Of a DNA stretch of 64,000 nucleotides, positions 59,721-64,000 are shown in pieces. The DNA comes from Candidatus Bathyarchaeota archaeon (GTDB lineage: Archaea > Thermoproteota > Bathyarchaeia > Hecatellales > Hecatellaceae). The stretch is taken from the NCBI GenBank assembly GCA_052246995.1, contig JBQPWD010000004.1, positions 64,001 to 128,000 of the forward strand, written 5' to 3'. The first letter of the stretch is position 1. Each line of letters begins with the position of its first letter. The notes below the pieces were generated by a model. That model had not been told where the DNA came from, searched no databases, and saw only the letters and a list, made by a program, of their open reading frames with translations. A program made the translations under genes and the position numbers.

Positions 59721-60401
59721 ATGTCTAATCAGCAGGAGCTTGTTGCTGGGCTTAAAGGGTTACGTAGAGGTGCCTTACTTGAGCTTGTGGCAACAATACT
59801 TGTACTTGTTGGTGTGGCTACAACCTTTATTAGCCTAATATTTATGATTCCAACACTGCCCATTACCCCGTCAATAACTAGGATAATAGAAATAGTGGGA
59901 ATGGTGATTGTAGGGCTAATACCAATAATTGTTGGGGGAGTGGTTAGTTTAACTGCGATAATAGTATGGTTTACAGCTACAGGACATCTTAAACGTTACA
60001 ATCCAAGATGGGGGATTGGAAGAATAGGAATGTTTTTCCAGCTTATTCCAGTATTAGCAGTTGTTGTAGCAGTTGTGTTAATGTCTATTTTAATAGTAGT
60101 CAGTAGGCAAGCTTTTCCTGTAATTTTTGGTGTTGGTATAGGGATTCTAGCTATCATGGTTATTTTTGGCATTCTTGGTGTGGTGGGGGTGATACTTTTT
60201 ACCATCATGCTGATAAGGCTTCCGGAGGATGGTAAGGTAAACCCTGGGTTTAAAACTGCAGGTATAATCTACCTTGCAGCAACAATACTGTCTCTAATAC
60301 CCTATGTCAGCTTTATAGGTTTAATATTGGCAATAGTTGCAGTTATTCTCGTCTATACTACAGCAGGGGAAAACTTAAAAACAATTCAACCAGCAACCTA
60401 A
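59721..60401 (+). CDS. Multi-TM membrane protein (DUF973-like)
   Basis: GL..LR.G, IG..G, FKTAGI motifs; about 6 TMs. Confidence 0.7.
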   Translation: MSNQQELVAGLKGLRRGALLELVATILVLVGVATTFISLIFMIPTLPITPSITRIIEIVGMVIVGLIPIIVGGVVSLTAIIVWFTATGHLKRYNPRWGIGRIGMFFQLIPVLAVVVAVVLMSILIVVSRQAFPVIFGVGIGILAIMVIFGILGVVGVILFTIMLIRLPEDGKVNPGFKTAGIIYLAATILSLIPYVSFIGLILAIVAVILVYTTAGENLKTIQPAT

Positions 60402-60409
60402 ACTAGTTT

Positions 60410-62011
60410 TTAGCTAACCTGTATTTTTACTCCTAAGAAAACTGGTCCTTTAACGATTATTTTTTTATTTTTACTTGTTATGTAACGTTCAGCTTGAGGT
60501 TTAATTTTAATGTTTACATCACTTGGATGTTTAACAACTTTTACACGTAGGTTAAGTTCACCTACACTGCCTTCTTCAACCATTTTCTCCAATCTTGCGG
60601 CAGCCATTGAGGCTATAGCCTCAAGGTAAGTTATTCCTGTCGAGACACCTTTCTCTCTGGCTTCTAAAACAAGTTTTTCTTTTTCAAACCCTTTTTCAGG
60701 TATTCCTAGGATGTTTCCTTGGTAAACGTAGATGATGTTTAAGGCTGCTGGGCCTAAAAGTTTAGCGTTAACATCTGACTCGTAAACATAAACTTTGACG
60801 TTTCTACCTAGAAGCTTATCTTCATACACCAAAAACTGGCATGGTCCCTTTTCTTCACCATACCTTAAAAAGGCTTGAACAATGGCATTTTTAACTTTTT
60901 CACCTTCAAGGGTTTTAGGTTTTTCGTCAATTTCAACCATTTTTGCAATTTCCAAGTCGCTATATTCTGGTTGAAGGTAGAAATGCGGGTAGGCTAACCG
61001 TCTAATATCATTTTCACCTGTAATTATCATTGCCAATCTTTCAATGCCAAAACCAGCATTAAAAACAGGATATTCTACACCGTAGTTTGCAAGTGCAACA
61101 GGTGAGTATAGTCCTTCATCTCCAACTTCAACCCATTCACCATTAAACTTGATGAACACTTCAGCTTCGGTTTGAGGTGCATAATACTTGCTTGTAGCTT
61201 TTTTAATAATAAACTTGACATCGTTAAAACCAAGTTTAGATAGGACAATTTTTGTAAGCTCCATACCGTCTTCCAAACTTATATTTTCAGCCATAACAAC
61301 AAGAGAAGCAACATGGGATTCGTAGAGGTGTAAAAAGTCTAAACTTTGTTCTCTTCTAAACTTTAAACCTATGGAAAAAAGTTTTACTGGAAGTTCAAGT
61401 TTATCTTTAATGTTTGCTAAAACAGGAAACCATAAAGCAGTCATGTGAGACCTTAAAATAAGCTTTGACGATAATGGTTTAAGCTGTAAAAATTCTGGGA
61501 AAATTTTTAAAATTGATGTTGCAGTTTCAGGTTTAACTGAAAGCTTATCCACAATTTCTTCAACAAGATTGTCGCTTTCAATTTTTCCTTCCTTGTACTC
61601 CCTAAATATTTTTTTAAGTACAGTAACATTGTCCTCGTTAAACTCGGGTATTAAACTTTTGATTTTACCAATCTTCTCTTTACTTATACCTATATCCGGC
61701 CTTGGAAGGGTTGCAAGATAAAAACATCTATCCAGAATTATTGGAGCTTCAGGACCATACTGCCTGTAAACCTCACCCTCCTCAACAATGCTTGGATTTA
61801 AAACTTCATCAAAACCAAGTGAAAGAAGTGTTTCTCTAAATTTTAAAGCTAAATCTATGACTGGATGAGTTTTGCCTTTACCTTCAACCCAGTTTATGTT
61901 TCTGCCTTCAATCTTAACAAGCTTACCAGTTTCAATCCAAGCTTTTTCAAAATCTTCTTCAGCCATTTTTCTAATCTCTTTAACGTTAAACTTGGCCAAG
62001 CTTAAAATCAC
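60410..62011 (-). CDS. sepS: O-phosphoseryl-tRNA(Cys) synthetase (start may be 61999)
   Basis: QYGPEA..ILDRCFYLA.LPRPD.G, LRSHMT..W, FRREQ..D..HL, SKYY, YSP.AL..Y, LLGPA. Confidence 0.93.
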   Translation of the reverse strand: MILSLAKFNVKEIRKMAEEDFEKAWIETGKLVKIEGRNINWVEGKGKTHPVIDLALKFRETLLSLGFDEVLNPSIVEEGEVYRQYGPEAPIILDRCFYLATLPRPDIGISKEKIGKIKSLIPEFNEDNVTVLKKIFREYKEGKIESDNLVEEIVDKLSVKPETATSILKIFPEFLQLKPLSSKLILRSHMTALWFPVLANIKDKLELPVKLFSIGLKFRREQSLDFLHLYESHVASLVVMAENISLEDGMELTKIVLSKLGFNDVKFIIKKATSKYYAPQTEAEVFIKFNGEWVEVGDEGLYSPVALANYGVEYPVFNAGFGIERLAMIITGENDIRRLAYPHFYLQPEYSDLEIAKMVEIDEKPKTLEGEKVKNAIVQAFLRYGEEKGPCQFLVYEDKLLGRNVKVYVYESDVNAKLLGPAALNIIYVYQGNILGIPEKGFEKEKLVLEAREKGVSTGITYLEAIASMAAARLEKMVEEGSVGELNLRVKVVKHPSDVNIKIKPQAERYITSKNKKIIVKGPVFLGVKIQVS

Positions 62012-62645
62012 CAGTCTTAACTCTTTTCCTGTCTAAAAGCTTTAAATACTCCTCTAAACCTTTTCTTCTTTTTTCAAGTAAAAGTTCACTTCCAGCTGAC
62101 TCTACAAGGTGTCTTGTAACATCACATTTTCTTCTTAGTAGAGGTACAACCAGAAAAACATGTTCATTTAAGGCTGAAAGCATTTTGTAAATGTCTTCCA
62201 TATGTTTAAAGTAGTGTTCAGCTTTTTTTACATCTCCAATTCTAAGACACTCTGAAACTTTACGTTTAAGTTCGCCAACAACATCAGCAAGACCTAAAAC
62301 GTAAGCTGAGGAGGAAACGCCAACCTCTTCAGGTGTTGGATATAATCCAACCTTTTCAATACAGAAGAAGATTGAGGCTTCAGCATATTCTTGACTTGCA
62401 GTAAACAATGCACCGCTGGTTTGAAGTTCAGGTGCATTTTTTAAAAAATCTGTTGTAAGGTTTAACAGCTTTCTAGCTTCATCTAAAGTTTTTTCAGCTT
62501 TTTCAAGCTTGTTTTGATGTAAAAGCAGAATTGTTTTTTTGGATTTTTGGGTTATCTTTCTAGAGTTTAAAAGCATTTTTTCTCTTAAACTGCTTTTAAT
62601 TTTTAACTCTTTTTTAACATTTTTAAGAATTCTCTTAAGAGACAT
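61986..62645 (-). CDS. Translin/TRAX (C3PO) family RNase
   Basis: RE.....SR, QEYAEA, YVLGLADVVGELKR, LRRKCD. Confidence 0.88.
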   Translation of the reverse strand: MSLKRILKNVKKELKIKSSLREKMLLNSRKITQKSKKTILLLHQNKLEKAEKTLDEARKLLNLTTDFLKNAPELQTSGALFTASQEYAEASIFFCIEKVGLYPTPEEVGVSSSAYVLGLADVVGELKRKVSECLRIGDVKKAEHYFKHMEDIYKMLSALNEHVFLVVPLLRRKCDVTRHLVESAGSELLLEKRRKGLEEYLKLLDRKRVKTGDFKLGQV

Positions 62646-62651
62646 GCTTTT

Positions 62652-63608
62652 TTACCTTAACTTTAAAGGTTTTCCCACTCTACTTAAAAGTACAACTCTA
62701 CTATCCCGGGCTTCATCAACAATCTTGTACCCTGTTAGCTTGGTTAAATTTTCAGCAAACATTTTAACATCCTCGTGGGAAGGCATATCTTCGTATGTTA
62801 ATCTTTTTCTTGAGAAACCGACATACATGTAGGATTTAACTTCAACATAGCTACTTTCAGCTTTAGATATAAGTTTAACATAATCCTCAGTATAACCCAT
62901 GTTTAAGCTTTTTGTAAGAGTTATTCTTAAAACGGTTGGACAGTTAAAGTTTTTAAGCAAACTTAAAGACTCGTTTAACCTTTCCCATGCATCAGGAATC
63001 CTAGGTCTACATATCCTGTTAAAAACTTCTTTATTGGGTGCATGAATTGAAATGTAAAGTTGGCTTGGTTGATGGTTTAAGTTTTCAAGAGCTTTAGGGT
63101 TTGTTCCGTTGGTTACAAGAAATGTTGTCATGTTTCTTTTATGAAATTCTTCTATAAGTTCTCCAATTAAAGGGTAGAGTGTTGGTTCTCCTGTAAGGCT
63201 TATGGCTGCATGGTTGGGGTTTAAGGCTTCCTCCCATTTTGACCTTTCAACTTTAGGATGGGGTTTGTAGCCTGTTAAAATTCTTCTTTGAGCTTTAATA
63301 CACTCGTCAATAATAAGTTCAGGTAGGTCAGGTTTAACGTTAAACATCGCTTCGTCAAAGCTTAAGCCTAAATCTTCAGGTTGAACACGCCAGCAGAAAA
63401 GACAACGTAAAGTACAGAAGTATAGGGAAGGTGTCATTTGGAGACAACGGTGGGATGGGATGCCATAAAATTTTTGTTTATAGCAAACCCTACCATAAAC
63501 AAGGCTTTGATGAAGCCAACTACACTTTTTAACAGCAGAATGTCTACCAACAATCTGGTATTTTTCACGTTTAAGTCTTAAATTAAGCTGCTCTAAAAAC
63601 ATTCTCAC
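62652..63608 (-). CDS. taw1: 4-demethylwyosine synthase Taw1
   Basis: HSAVK.C.W, CYK..FYGI.SHRC.QMTP, CTLRCLFCWR, AISL.GEP, E.K.YM.VG.SR. Confidence 0.96.
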   Translation of the reverse strand: MRMFLEQLNLRLKREKYQIVGRHSAVKKCSWLHQSLVYGRVCYKQKFYGIPSHRCLQMTPSLYFCTLRCLFCWRVQPEDLGLSFDEAMFNVKPDLPELIIDECIKAQRRILTGYKPHPKVERSKWEEALNPNHAAISLTGEPTLYPLIGELIEEFHKRNMTTFLVTNGTNPKALENLNHQPSQLYISIHAPNKEVFNRICRPRIPDAWERLNESLSLLKNFNCPTVLRITLTKSLNMGYTEDYVKLISKAESSYVEVKSYMYVGFSRKRLTYEDMPSHEDVKMFAENLTKLTGYKIVDEARDSRVVLLSRVGKPLKLR

Positions 63609-63822
63609 CCTCCAAAACTGTCAACCTTTATATGCAACCAAACTAAACAAACAATATTCTCTTGAAGGGGGAGAAGAGGTAAATGTAAGTATTACTTCTG
63701 TACGATGAAACATTTATAAGACCTTACCTATCAAGTGGATAAAGGGTTATATTTAAGCCTTAAATTATAACTTAAATAATAAAAGTTTATATCAACCTTG
63801 AAGTTCTGAAACAACTAGAAAA

Positions 63823-63898
63823 GCTCCGGTAGTATAGCCCGGTTAAGTATACCGGCCTTTCGAGCCGGTGGTCGCGGGTTCAAATCCCGCCCGGAGCA
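63823..63898 (+). tRNA. tRNA-Glu(TTC)
   Basis: GCTCCGG/CCGGAGC-A; CCGGC-CT-TTC-GA-GCCGG. Confidence 0.95.
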
Positions 63899-63939
63899 CT
63901 CCAAATTTGAAAACAAGCCCGAAAAAGGCTTATTTTCTG

Positions 63940-63967
63940 GGACAGTTTGGGACAGTCCTAGGACAGT
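63940..63967. repeat. Three phased GGACAGT direct repeats downstream of tRNA-Glu
   Basis: GGACAGT at 63940, 63950 and 63961 (10- and 11-bp spacing). Confidence 0.7.
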
Positions 63968-64000
63968 TCCAGGTGGAATATTTGCCCTTGGATAAGGCTG

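Noticed and set aside
1890-62832. Numerous 60-150-aa ORFs antisense to or nested in confident genes (e.g. 4464-4919, 15314-15712, 55721-56131)
   Set aside because: Shadow frames of well-supported genes, Ser/Phe/Leu-rich, with no motifs or RBS.
1-64000. CRISPR arrays, rRNA, IS elements, integrases
   Set aside because: No repeat-spacer periodicity, rRNA-like tract, or transposase/integrase motif was seen.

Overview
AT-rich archaeal chromosomal segment. Gene content (GatE, SepRS, Taw1/Taw3, CofG/H, DmrX, HdrA, SAMP/UbaA, intron-containing tRNAs, frequent TTG starts) suggests an anaerobic TACK-type archaeon, plausibly Bathyarchaeia; this is inference. It holds about 60 CDSs and 7 tRNAs (Tyr with a canonical intron, Arg, Val, Ala, Met with a D-arm intron, Thr, Glu). 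Main blocks: arfC-cofG-cofH; a nurA-herA-mre11-rad50 operon headed by three paralogous winged-helix genes; a frameshifted KaiC-type module; an HdrA-MvhD fusion; a thiolase/DUF35/OYE/ADH cluster; a tungsten oxidoreductase; secreted hydrolases; an oxidative-stress cluster; SAMP/MoaE/UbaA; a dapA-B-lysA-dapF-dapL operon; VapBC; and taw1-translin-sepS. The two best candidates for undescribed systems are (1) the three winged-helix paralogues leading the DNA end-resection operon, whose promoter has a perfect 13-bp inverted repeat and phased 17-bp direct repeats, and (2) a membrane-tethered LexA-like regulator whose two neighbouring promoters share a TGTTC-N9-GAAYA box. No CRISPR array, rRNA or transposase was seen. 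All calls come from reading motifs; no database search was run.
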